A stretch of DNA of 64,000 nucleotides from positions 448,001 through 512,000 of the forward strand of contig CAWBOC010000009.1 of NCBI GenBank assembly GCA_963790305.1, in the 5' to 3' direction. Below the pieces are notes generated by a model that worked only from the letters and a program-made list of their open reading frames with translations, had not been told where the DNA came from and did not search any database. Shown here one piece after another: positions 33,651 through 42,887 of the stretch. The translations under genes were made by a program, and so were the position numbers. The first letter of the stretch is position 1. Every line of letters begins with the position of its first letter. Source of the DNA: an uncultured Gemmatimonadaceae bacterium. GTDB taxonomy: Bacteria; Gemmatimonadota; Gemmatimonadetes; Gemmatimonadales; Gemmatimonadaceae.

Positions 33651-33732
33651 GGTCGAGGATGTCGAGGCGGTCAAGGTAGTCGAGGGTGTTCGCGCCTCGA
33701 TCACCTTGACCGCCTCGCCATCCTGACCACCT
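33651..33732. repeat. 9-nt-periodic inverted repeat at a convergent junction
   Basis: CGAGGCGGTCAAGGT / ACCTTGACCGCCTCG core with extended arms; similar to 9093-9178. Confidence 0.8.
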
Positions 33733-34376
33733 CAGCCTCTGCGCAACGGGACTGCCTCCGTCGTCTCCAGCCGCTTCGTCGCAACCCAGTCTCGGCCGTC
33801 GCGGGCAAGCTCCTCGAGGTCCGCCGGCAACGCCGCCCCGACCGGCGCGACGAGGCGTCCATACTGCCGAAGCGCCCGGGCGGCCGCGCCGACGTGGACC
33901 GCATGGCGCTCATCGAGCGCGATCGCGCGCGCCGCGCCCGGCCGAATGGGAATGGAGCCGTCGGTTCGGGCCAGCGAAATGCCGTGCCCGCTCGTCAGCG
34001 CGACACTCGTATTGAGGACGAGCACCTCGACCCCCTCGACCACGCCGAGCAGCGCGGGGGCGGCGTGCCCCCAGTCGCCCGCCAGCACGATGAATCCTCC
34101 GGGGCTCGTTAGGTCGAACAGCGCGGCGACGCGCATGGCCATCTCCTCATCCCCGGTCGCCGACGCGAGCGGTGTGGAATCGGGAATCGGCGTCGTGCCG
34201 TCGCGTGTCTGGAAGTCCACCACACCGTCGCGAATGGGATAGCGCGCGCTGCAGGAAGGGCATCCGAGCAGCCCGCGCCGAATGTCGCGCCCCGCCATCT
34301 CGAGGGTCGAGGCGACGAGCCAGGTAAACTCGTGCGGGCGCGGACAGCGAAGCGACTCAACCAGCTCGATGAACAT
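33732..34376 (-). CDS. Trm112-like zinc-finger protein with a C-terminal Rossmann-like domain
   Basis: LRCP...GLLGCPSCSARYPIRDGVVDF N-terminus; the C-terminal fold is inferred. Confidence 0.65.
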   Translation of the reverse strand: MFIELVESLRCPRPHEFTWLVASTLEMAGRDIRRGLLGCPSCSARYPIRDGVVDFQTRDGTTPIPDSTPLASATGDEEMAMRVAALFDLTSPGGFIVLAGDWGHAAPALLGVVEGVEVLVLNTSVALTSGHGISLARTDGSIPIRPGAARAIALDERHAVHVGAAARALRQYGRLVAPVGAALPADLEELARDGRDWVATKRLETTEAVPLRRG

Positions 34377-34415
34377 GGCGCCTCGTGAGGCAGAGCAGTC
34401 CCGCCGTCGCGGCGA

Positions 34416-35135
34416 TCACCGCAGCGGCGTCGAGCTGCCGTGCGCGAGCTGAAGGAACTCGTCGCGCGTCCGTGCATCGGAGCGAAATGAGCCGCGCAGC
34501 GCGCTGGTGATCGTCTTCGAGTTCTGCTTCTCGACCCCGCGCATCATCATGCAGAGGTGGTACGCCTCGATCACGACGCCCACCCCGCGCGGCTCGAGCA
34601 CATCCTGGATCGCCTGCGCGATCTGCTCGGTGAGCCGCTCCTGGACCTGCAGCCGTCGCGCGTACACTTCGACGATCCGGGGCAGCTTCGACAAGCCGAC
34701 GATATGACCGTCGGGAATGTAGGCGATATGCGCCTTTCCGAAGAAGGGGAGCAAGTGGTGCTCGCACATCGAATACAGCTCGATGTCCCGCACCATGACC
34801 ATGCTTTCGTGCGCCTCGGCGAACACGGCGTCGCCAACGACCTCGTCGACTCCGAGCGAGTAGCCTCGCGTGAGCCAGGAGAGCGCATTGGCGACGCGCG
34901 CGGGGGTGCGCAGCAGACCTTCGCGGGCTGGATCCTCTCCGATGAGCTCGAGGATGCGGCGGACGAGCGCCTCGAATTCAGCGTTGTGCTCGGGACCGGG
35001 ATCAAGGTCGAGGCCGGCGTCGAACTTGGCGAGCTCGAGCGAGGCCTTGTCGACGCGCCGGTCGCCGGTCGTCGTGGGAGTGGGCTTCGCGCGTCGCGCG
35101 GTTGCGCGCGAACGCGAGTTTCGGCGTTGAGTCAC
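34416..35135 (-). CDS. folE: GTP cyclohydrolase I
   Basis: [35 protein letters not shown] and HLCMMMRGV; start uncertain (GTG at 35135). Confidence 0.94.
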   Translation of the reverse strand: MTQRRNSRSRATARRAKPTPTTTGDRRVDKASLELAKFDAGLDLDPGPEHNAEFEALVRRILELIGEDPAREGLLRTPARVANALSWLTRGYSLGVDEVVGDAVFAEAHESMVMVRDIELYSMCEHHLLPFFGKAHIAYIPDGHIVGLSKLPRIVEVYARRLQVQERLTEQIAQAIQDVLEPRGVGVVIEAYHLCMMMRGVEKQNSKTITSALRGSFRSDARTRDEFLQLAHGSSTPLR

Positions 35136-35281
35136 GAAGAGTTCGGGCGTGGCGTGTGAATGGCAACGACGCGGCGTGCGGCGACGTGTGCACCGAGCGT
35201 GGCGCTTGAGTCGGTCGCGGTGCACCTCTAACTTGACGCACGTTTCGCGGCTGGCATCACCCCTATCTGGATGGCTCACAT

Positions 35282-36503
35282 TTGAAAGTCAAGCTTCTGC
35301 TCGCGGCCATCCTGCAAGGCGGATCAGCCGCGTGGTCCGCCCTCTGGACCTTCCCCAGTATCCTGTTCAGCGCGTTCATGATCGCGTGGGGAGCGGAGGC
35401 GGCGCAGTTCATGATTTCGCAGGGGCTCGCGCTGGCGATTCTCGCGTGGCTTCAGACGCTTCCCGAGTTCGCGGTCGAAGCGGTGATCGCGTACGAAGCG
35501 GGCAGCGACCCCGTGCACTGTTTCGTCGCCAACCCGCCGCCGGGATGTCACTCCCACCTGGCGATCGCGAACTACACGGGAGCGATCCGCCTGCTCATCG
35601 GCCTGGGGTGGCCGATGATCTACTTCGTCGCCGCGTTCTACCGTCGCAAACAAGGCCGCGCACTTCGGGAGATCCGGCTGGAGGACGAGCACTCCGTCGA
35701 GGTGCTCGCCACCGTTCCACCCGTGCTCTACTTCTTCTGGGTGTGGTACAAGGGCTCGCTCGGGCTCGTCGACGCCGGGGTGCTGATCGCGATGTACGTG
35801 GGCTATCTCGCCATACTCTGGCGCTTCCCCCCCCAGGAGCAGGAGAATCTCTCCGAATGCGCCAGCGCCGGCGCGATGGGCCTACACACGCCCCGGTGCC
35901 TGGCGCCATGCGGCGATCATTGGCTTCTTCGCGGTTGGCGGGTTGCTGCTGTATTTCACCGCTCACCCGTTTCTGGATTCCATGCTCGCCCTGTCGCTGT
36001 CGATGGGCGTCAGCCAGTTCGTGTTCGTGCAGTGGGTCGCTCCCTTTCTCAGCGAGTTTCCGGAAAAGGTCTCGGCATTCGCGTGGGCACGACGGGTCAC
36101 GCATGCTCCGATGGGCCTCATGAACATGCTGTCGAGCAACGTGAACCAGTGGACGGTGCTCGCGGCGATGATCCCCATCGTGTTTTCAGTCGCGCGTGGG
36201 GAGCCGTCGGCGCTGCCGTTCGACGGCGAGCAGCGGATGGAGATTCTGCTGACCATCATGCAGAGCGTCGTGGCGGTGCTCCTGCTGGCGAACATGCGCT
36301 TCGAGTGGTGGAACGCCACCCTGCTCTTCCTGCTCTGGCTCGTGCAGTTCTTGCGCGCCACCTGGCGGGAGGAGATTACGATCGTGTACGCGGCGTGGGC
36401 GGTGGGGCTGCTGATCTGGTTCGTGGTGCGACCACCGGAGGCGCCGAAGGTCTTCTTCCGGATGATGCGTACCCAACGCGCGAAGAAACCCGCCGTACCA
36501 TAA
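35282..36503 (+). CDS. Na+/Ca2+ (cation) exchanger family membrane protein (frameshift near 35858)
   Basis: Two alpha-repeat-like motifs QTLPEFAVE...ANYTGA and SEFPEKVS...NMLSSNVNQ in joined frames. Confidence 0.78.
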
Positions 36504-36533
36504 CGAACGAGCCCCGCCTTTCGGCGGGGCTCG
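36503..36533. terminator. Strong hairpin terminator (T-rich tail on the minus strand)
   Basis: 11-bp perfect stem CGAGCCCCGCC/GGCGGGGCTCG; on the minus strand the loop is GAAA, followed by TTCGTT. Confidence 0.75.
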
Positions 36534-36750
36534 CAGAGTGGGGAACGAAGAGGATTTTTGAAGCCCATCCGAATGTATGAGGCCCTCACCACACTTCCGC
36601 CTTCCCCGCACTGGGGCATGACGTCCGCATAGATATCGAACCCATCGAGTGGACTTGTTGGCTCAAAAATTAGAGCTCTCCGTCCCTTTCGAAACCATCG
36701 ACGCCGCACCACGCGTTGTCGCAACAGTGCGCCACCGATAGTCAATTGCC
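36503..36750 (-). ncRNA. Candidate structured non-coding RNA (unassigned)
   Basis: Lower-GC intergenic stretch with several stem-loops, ending in a minus-strand terminator; no convincing ORF. Confidence 0.3.
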
Positions 36751-36783
36751 AATCTAGAGACGACTCAGAGGCCAGTCAATCAC

Positions 36784-36960
36784 ATGGACGTCTGGATGAT
36801 CGCCGCTATCGCGATGCTCGTCGTTTGGGGCATCGGCACGTTCGCGTTCGCGGGGCCGGGCTGGATTCATTTGCTGCTCACCGTTGGACTCTCGGTGCTC
36901 ATCTGGCGCATCGTCGTCCGCGGGAAGCCTGACGAGCCGTCGCGGCGCGAGCGTCGGTGA
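36784..36960 (+). CDS. Small membrane protein, lmo0937/DUF5670-like (58 aa, not in the ORF track)
   Basis: MDVWMIAAIAMLVVWGIGTFAFAGPGWIHLLLTVGLSVLIWRIVVRG...; GAGG upstream; GTGA overlap with the next gene. Confidence 0.75.
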   Translation: MDVWMIAAIAMLVVWGIGTFAFAGPGWIHLLLTVGLSVLIWRIVVRGKPDEPSRRERR

Positions 36961-37974
36961 CAGGGCCGGCGAGCTCCGCGTCACGCCCCGGCGCAGCGGT
37001 CGCCGAGCAGCCGCAACCAGAGCGACGCCTGCACGGTCACTTCGTGCTCGTCACGGGCGCCGCCGGTTTTGTCGGAACCCACGTCTGTCGCCATCTCACG
37101 GCGCGCGGCGCGCGAGTGCGAGGTCTCGTGCGCTCACCGGCGAAAGCGGCGGAGCGTCTCGCGCCCATGCCGGTGGAGCTGCATGTCGGCGACCTGCGCG
37201 ATGTGACGGTAATGCAGCGGGCCATGCAGGGGTGCGACACCGTGGTCCATCTCGCGGCCATCGCCATTGAGCGGAGCGGACAGACCTACGAGGATGTCAA
37301 CGCGCGAGGGACCGAGCGTGTGCTCGAATGCAATGCAGGCGAGCGGCGTTCGGCGACTCATCCACATGTCGCAAAATGGAGCCGCGAGCTCACTGCCGTA
37401 CCGCTTTCTGCGCAGCAAGGGACTCGCCGAAGACGCGGTCCGGGCGCGTGGAGGCGACTGGACGATCCTTCGTCCGTCGGTGATCTTCGGGCGCGAGGAT
37501 GAGTTCGTGAACGTTCTCGCGCGCCTGGTGCGTCTCTCGCCCTTGGTCTACCCGCTCCCCGGAGGCGGTAGCGCCCGCTTTCAACCGATCGCCGTCGACG
37601 ACGTGGCCCAGGTCGTGGCGGCGGCGCTCGCCGAAAGCAACACCATTCATCGGGCGTACGCGCTGGGTGGTCCCGCACAGCTCACGTTGCGCCAGATGGT
37701 CGAGCGAATTCTCGTCGCCATGGACGCCAAGCGGTTCCTGTTTCCGCTGCCGACCATCCTGCTGCGACCCTTGATCGCCCTGGTACAGCGAGTCCTCCCA
37801 AATCCACCCGTAACGACGGAGTTGCTCGATCTGCTCGCGATCGACAATGTCGTAGCGGGGAACGCGCTGCGCGACGCGTTCGGGATCGTGCCGACGCCAT
37901 TTGCCCCCGAGGAGCTGGGGTACCTCGAGGAGATTACCGCCCGAGAGGCCCTCCGGTCGCTTCTTGGCCGCTGA
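36957..37974 (+). CDS. NAD(P)-dependent epimerase/NDUFA9-like SDR (frameshift near 37328)
   Basis: VTGAAGFVG, VVHLAA, LRSKG, RPSVIFG and FQPIAVDDVA across two frames. Confidence 0.83.
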
Positions 37975-38075
37975 GCGCAGGTGCGGGATGTGCCGTGTAG
38001 AGATGGAGCGATGCGCGAGCGATCTCTGACGACGAGAATCGCCCGCTCAATGCAGGCCCGGCTCACGGGACGGCC

Positions 38076-38417
38076 ATGGCGGCTTCCACCCAGGAAGCGA
38101 ATCTGGATCGGTTGTCGGCGCTCATCGACGCAGCGGCGTCGCGCGCGGACGATCGCATGGCGCTGTTCGATTTCGTGCTCGCCATCGGCGATCTCTGGGA
38201 TCGCCTGGGACTTCGCGACCCCTTCGTGGACGCACAGTTGAGCGACGCCAACAGCCGCGCGCAGCTGGCCCGCGCGGCCCGCGACGGAGAGGGTGAGGCG
38301 AACCAGGAACAGGAGCGGCTCGCGTTCTACGCGTTGCGAACGCTGGCGGCTTTTCAGACGGTGGTCGAGGAGTGGCGACGCCGGCCTGCGCTCCGAGCGG
38401 CGTGGGTCGATCGTTAG
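38076..38417 (+). CDS. Hypothetical helical protein
   Basis: Coding-like ORF with GGGA upstream; no motif recognised. Confidence 0.55.
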   Translation: MAASTQEANLDRLSALIDAAASRADDRMALFDFVLAIGDLWDRLGLRDPFVDAQLSDANSRAQLARAARDGEGEANQEQERLAFYALRTLAAFQTVVEEWRRRPALRAAWVDR

Positions 38418-38917
38418 GTGGAGGGAGGCGCCGCACCCGCATCGTACCGCGGTCCGGCGCCACTGTCCTCGAGTTGCTCAATGTTCGGAGGCTCGTGCGC
38501 CTGGCGCTCGCGCAGCGCGGCGGGCTCATCGACCATGACCTTCACTTCGACCGCGCCCTCGGGCGTTGACCGCGCATTCGTATCGTCGCGGAGACGCTCG
38601 ACGCGATCGCGAATCGCATCGGCCTGGTCGGCATCACGTCCCACGAGCAGCAGCCGGTACTGACCGCGGCCCGAGGACGCGATGAGATCCGACTTCCGGA
38701 ACTCGTGACACAACCCGAAGGTGAATCGCCGGCACGAGGTGTCCTCGCCCCCATGGACGAAAATCCGAATCGTGCGGACCCGGCCCCCATGACGCGCGGC
38801 CCTGCGCTCCTCCCAATCCCGCACGAGACGGAAGTACAGCACGCTCGGCAGCCCCGTGTCCGGGTCGGTCAGCGTACGGAGTAGCAGTCCGTTCTCGAGC
38901 TCATTTTCGACGGGCAT
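38414..38917 (-). CDS. Degenerate GGDEF-like domain protein
   Basis: TDPDTGLPS resembles DxLTGLxN; FRKSDLIASSGRGQYRLLL occupies the RxxDxxxRxGGEEF position. Confidence 0.55.
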   Translation of the reverse strand: MPVENELENGLLLRTLTDPDTGLPSVLYFRLVRDWEERRAARHGGRVRTIRIFVHGGEDTSCRRFTFGLCHEFRKSDLIASSGRGQYRLLLVGRDADQADAIRDRVERLRDDTNARSTPEGAVEVKVMVDEPAALRERQAHEPPNIEQLEDSGAGPRYDAGAAPPST

Positions 38918-38955
38918 CGGCCTCAGGGTTCGGAGACGCTTCGTGCTGGCGGAAA

Positions 38956-38971
38956 TGCACGATGCCTGCCA
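38956..38971 (-). promoter_or_regulatory. Sigma54-type promoter
   Basis: Minus-strand TGGCAGGCATCGTGCA (GG-N10-GC), about 40 nt upstream of ATG 38917. Confidence 0.5.
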
Positions 38972-39039
38972 CGTGCCCCGACCGTTAGGTCATGATGTCG
39001 CACGTCACTCGCGAAGGATTTCCGGCACCCGGAAGCATT

Positions 39040-39055
39040 TGTGACCGACGTCACA
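39040..39055. promoter_or_regulatory. CRP/FNR-family binding site
   Basis: Perfect TGTGA-N6-TCACA (TGTGACCGACGTCACA) in a divergent intergenic region. Confidence 0.6.
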
Positions 39056-39058
39056 GTT

Positions 39059-39074
39059 GGGCATTAACCCTGCA
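39059..39074 (+). promoter_or_regulatory. Possible sigma54-type promoter
   Basis: GGGCATTAACCCTGCA (GG-N10-GC) upstream of GTG 39150. Confidence 0.35.
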
Positions 39075-39149
39075 ATGGGGCCACTGACTCTCCCCGAAAG
39101 CATGCGGGTTGAGTAACGCACGGCGGGGACCGGACGACGGAGGCCGGCA

Positions 39150-39467
39150 GTGGCGTATCGGGAGTTCGCGGACGACGTTGGTACGATATGGCGGGTCTGG
39201 GACACGCATCCAGTCGCCGCCAACACGCTGCGCACCGTGTCTCCCCGCTACGCAGGCGGGTGGCTCACGTTCGAGTCCGAGAGCGAGTTGCGCCGACTGG
39301 CGCCAATCCCGGCCGGGTGGGTGATCGCGACCCGGGATCTCATGATCCATTGGTGCGCCCGCGCGCTGGTTGCCCGCGCCCCCAACCCGGAGCGGCCTTC
39401 GGGAAGCACCGGGGGCTTCGGGGGCGCAACGGGCCCGGACGCTAGATCTCCCAGTTCGACCAGATAA
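39150..39467 (+). CDS. Small Trp-rich hypothetical protein
   Basis: GGAGG RBS; YREFAD..G.IWRVWD...GGWLTFES..E.RRLAPIP.GW looks like a real globular domain. Confidence 0.7.
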   Translation: MAYREFADDVGTIWRVWDTHPVAANTLRTVSPRYAGGWLTFESESELRRLAPIPAGWVIATRDLMIHWCARALVARAPNPERPSGSTGGFGGATGPDARSPSSTR

Positions 39468-40416
39468 CGCCGCGCTGCGGCGGTCGCTCGGGCATGTCGG
39501 CGAGCGTCATCCTCAGGTCTGTCCAACGCACGCGGGCGCCGAGGTCGATCAGTCGTTGGTAGGCACCCAGGAAATCGGTTTGAACGCGCAGCGCCACCCG
39601 TCGCGTCCCGCTCCGGCGCGAGTAGTCGATCAGCACGTCCGCCAACCGTTTGAGATCCTCCTCGCGCTCGAGCGCGAGCTTGAGGACGCGCATCTCTTCG
39701 CGCACGCGACCCTCCACCAGCGGTGCCGTGTGGCAGAGCGCGAACCCGACCAGACGACCCCGGTCGCGCAGCAGCACGGTATCGCCTAACGCGAGCTGAT
39801 CGGTGAGCACGATCTCGCGAGTGAAATCGAAGCCGGGCGCGAGGCGGTTGGTCAGCCCGCGGCACTCATCGATCGCCTCCTCCTTGTCGCGTGGGGACAG
39901 ACGCCCGAGGAGGTGCGGACCGTTTCCGAGCAGACCCGCTTCGAGAGTAAGCGTGATCGTGAGACGGCCGGGAACGAAGCCAAGGGCCGAGTAGAAGCCA
40001 ATGTTGTCCATGGTGCGCGGCATCGTCTCCAACCCGATCGTGGCCGCCCGGCCGTCGCGGAGCCAGTCAACGCCGCCCCGGACGATCTCCTTCCCCAGTC
40101 CGACGCCTTGCCAGTCCGGGCGAACGGCGAGTGGCCCCATCCATCCCTCGACACCGGACCGGTGCGCGATGTTGAACGCTACAATCTCCTCACGCTCGTC
40201 GCGCCAAACGAGCGCCCCACCGTCGGCATCCTCGATCGCGTAGCGCCAGATCGCCGGATTGAGGAAGGGCACGCGTACGCCCACCATGCCGTCGCGGCGA
40301 TATCGCTCGCTGAAGGCATCGCTGAAGACCTGATTGAGCCCGCCAATGTCGTCCAGGCTCGCGGGCTGCGGCCCGTCGGCCTGCTCATGGGTTCGCCACG
40401 TGCGCGCGGTCGCCAT
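39442..40416 (-). CDS. GNAT family N-acetyltransferase (probably tandem domains)
   Basis: GPLAVRPDWQGVGLGK motif A and NIGFYSALGF; TGATG coupling with rad50. Confidence 0.85.
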   Translation of the reverse strand: MATARTWRTHEQADGPQPASLDDIGGLNQVFSDAFSERYRRDGMVGVRVPFLNPAIWRYAIEDADGGALVWRDEREEIVAFNIAHRSGVEGWMGPLAVRPDWQGVGLGKEIVRGGVDWLRDGRAATIGLETMPRTMDNIGFYSALGFVPGRLTITLTLEAGLLGNGPHLLGRLSPRDKEEAIDECRGLTNRLAPGFDFTREIVLTDQLALGDTVLLRDRGRLVGFALCHTAPLVEGRVREEMRVLKLALEREEDLKRLADVLIDYSRRSGTRRVALRVQTDFLGAYQRLIDLGARVRWTDLRMTLADMPERPPQRGVIWSNWEI

Positions 40417-42887
40417 CAGTCGCCGGCCTCCGCCTCCTCGTACACCTCGTCACCTACGACCGACGGTGTGAAGAGGTCGGGCAGCTCCGCGGTCTGCTGC
40501 TCGACCACCGAGCACCCCGTTTCCTCGTCGTAGCGAACGGAGATCACGCGATCAACACCCTCGCGCACCTGCTCGATGTGCGTGATGAGAATGACCTGCT
40601 CGAAACGGCCCTGGAGGCGTCGCAGCAGGTCGAGCACATTCGCGCGGCGGGCCTCGTCGAGTGATCCGAAGATCTCGTCGAGAATGAGCAGGGAGAAGGG
40701 CTGGCCCGCACGCTCGGCGATCATCTGCGAGATCGCGAGACGAAGCACGAGGTTCGCAAGGTCCTCTTCACCGCCCGAGATGACCGGCTTCGGCAGCCCG
40801 TCCTCGAGCACGACGATGTTGTAGCTATCGTCGAGCTCGAGCTCACCGTAGCGGCCGTCGGTGAGATCCCTCAGGAAGCCACTGGCGAGGTCGGACAGCT
40901 CCGGACGCAACTGGAAGTTGAGGTCGGTACGCAGATCGGTGAACGCGCGGTCGAGCTCGTCATGCAGCAGCTTTCGCTGTGTGAGCTCGCTGAGCATGCG
41001 CTGGCGCGACGCGAGCTCGGCCGCCACTCCGTGCGCACGCTCGAGGGCCGTATGCGCGCTCCCCTCCTCGCCTCGCGCCTGCACCATCGCGAGCTCCGCG
41101 GCGTGCGCCTCGCCGGTCGCCCGCTCGAACTCCGCGCGCAGCGTCTCATGTTCCGACTCACGGATCGTCGTCTCGTCGCGCCGCCCGTGCAGCAGTCGGA
41201 GCCGTTCACGAATCGCCGCGAGTCGCTCGGCCGCCCCGGCGAGCTCACGCTCGACCTGCGGCACGCGCTCCAGCTGCGCGCTCAGCCGGGCGGCGCGCGC
41301 ATCGAGCGGGGTGAGACGCTCGATCTCGCTGCGCAGCAGCCCGTGGCGAGCTGCATCGTACCCCGGTGGAATCGCGGTGAGCTCCGCGTTCACCTGGGCC
41401 GCACGTTCGTTCTTGCCAGTCAGATCGGACTCGACGTGCGCGAGCTCCTGTACCGCGAGCTGTACCTTCGTCAGGCGGCGCTCGAGCGTGGAGACCTCGA
41501 GCGACATGGCACGCCGTTGCTCGTCGAGCGCCTGCACATCCTCGGGCATCTCCATGAGCTGCTCGAAGCGCGCCTTGTAGTAGTTGCCGTCGACGCGCAC
41601 CGTCTCGATCTGCTCATCGAGAAGATCGAGCACCGCGCGATACGTATCGCCCAGCGGGCGAGCGCAGGTGGGACACGCGCCCTCGGCGCCGAGGCTGACG
41701 ATGCGGTCGCGCTGCTCCTTGAGCTCCGTGTACTGTTCGCGCAGCGACTGCCGCTTCGTCTCTGCTTCCTGGCGGTCGCGCACCCACTCGGTGCGACGCG
41801 CCTCGAGAAGGCCGTCGGTGGCTTCGAACTCGGCGCGTTTCGCGACCAGGGCGGCATCGATCTCCGTCTCGAGGGTGGGCGCGTTCTCGAGCTTCGCGCG
41901 CCGATCACGCAGCCGAACGAGATCCTCGGCGAGAGCGCCTTGCGTCTCGAGTAGCGCGCGTCGGCGTCCTTCTTCCCGCGCGAGGACATCGAGCCGCTGA
42001 AATTCCGATGCGAGCAGTTGGAACGGCTCCAGCTCGAGGCGCAGCCGCTCCAATTCCGCGCGCGCACCCGCCGCGTCGGCGAGATCCCGCTCGAGACGCT
42101 GCACCTCGCGATGCTCAGCCGCCTCCTCCTGCTCCGCGACGCGCAGGTCGGCGAGCAGCGCCTGATGTGCCTCACGAGCGCGCTGCGCCGCCTCCCACCG
42201 CGGCCGCACCTCGTCGAGCGCCGCCTGAGTCGCCTCGCGCCGTCGCTGGGCGAAACGGGCACGATCGCGCGCCTGCTCCAGGCGCGTCTCCGTCTCCGCC
42301 ACCTGGCGGGCGACGGTCTCGGGATCCCCCATGCCCTGCCGGAGCCCCGCCATCTCGGCGACGATGGCACGGCGCCGGTCGCGCGCGATCTCCTGCGCCG
42401 CGCGCAGCCGCTCGTAGCCCAGCACTCGCGAGAGAAACTGCGCGCGCTCGGTCGGGCTCATCGCGGCCATCACGCTGATCTCTTTCTGGCCGGTGAAATA
42501 CGTGTTGAAGAATTCCTCGCGCGTCATGCCAAGACGGCGCGTGAGGACGTCCGTCACTCCGGTGATCGAGTCAGCGATCTTGTTCTGGGGGCCATCGAGG
42601 TACAGCTCCGCGTTCGTCAGGCCGCGAACGACGCGATAGTTGTGACCGCCGAGGTCGAAGTCGAGCTCGACGCGCACACCCGAGCGCGCGCCAGCCCGGT
42701 TGAAGCGAATGGAGTCACGGGTGCCCCGGGCCGCGGCGTTGCCGTAAATCGCCCACGCAATCGCTTCGAGGAGGGTCGTCTTCCCGGCTCCGTTGGGGCC
42801 GATGATGCCGGTAACCCCCGGACCGAACTCCACCCGGCTATCCGCGTGCTGGCGGAAGTTCTGGAGGACGACCCGGTTGAGCTGCAC
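40416..42887 (-). CDS. sbcC: Rad50/SbcC SMC-like ATPase
   Basis: GPNGAGKTT, Q-loop, coiled coils, zinc hook CPTC, ISGGEE, LILDEIFGSLD and ITH. Confidence 0.93.
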   Translation of the reverse strand: MQLNRVVLQNFRQHADSRVEFGPGVTGIIGPNGAGKTTLLEAIAWAIYGNAAARGTRDSIRFNRAGARSGVRVELDFDLGGHNYRVVRGLTNAELYLDGPQNKIADSITGVTDVLTRRLGMTREEFFNTYFTGQKEISVMAAMSPTERAQFLSRVLGYERLRAAQEIARDRRRAIVAEMAGLRQGMGDPETVARQVAETETRLEQARDRARFAQRRREATQAALDEVRPRWEAAQRAREAHQALLADLRVAEQEEAAEHREVQRLERDLADAAGARAELERLRLELEPFQLLASEFQRLDVLAREEGRRRALLETQGALAEDLVRLRDRRAKLENAPTLETEIDAALVAKRAEFEATDGLLEARRTEWVRDRQEAETKRQSLREQYTELKEQRDRIVSLGAEGACPTCARPLGDTYRAVLDLLDEQIETVRVDGNYYKARFEQLMEMPEDVQALDEQRRAMSLEVSTLERRLTKVQLAVQELAHVESDLTGKNERAAQVNAELTAIPPGYDAARHGLLRSEIERLTPLDARAARLSAQLERVPQVERELAGAAERLAAIRERLRLLHGRRDETTIRESEHETLRAEFERATGEAHAAELAMVQARGEEGSAHTALERAHGVAAELASRQRMLSELTQRKLLHDELDRAFTDLRTDLNFQLRPELSDLASGFLRDLTDGRYGELELDDSYNIVVLEDGLPKPVISGGEEDLANLVLRLAISQMIAERAGQPFSLLILDEIFGSLDEARRANVLDLLRRLQGRFEQVILITHIEQVREGVDRVISVRYDEETGCSVVEQQTAELPDLFTPSVVGDEVYEEAEAGD

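Noticed and set aside
36680..36705. c-di-GMP-I riboswitch suggested by minus-strand TTCGAAAGGGACG
   Set aside because: The flanking GGCAAACC and GCAAAGC elements and the second hairpin are not present, and there is no downstream minus-strand gene.
36716..36735. Sigma54 promoter TGGCGCACTGTTGC on the minus strand
   Set aside because: The GG-to-GC spacing is 9 nt rather than the required 10.
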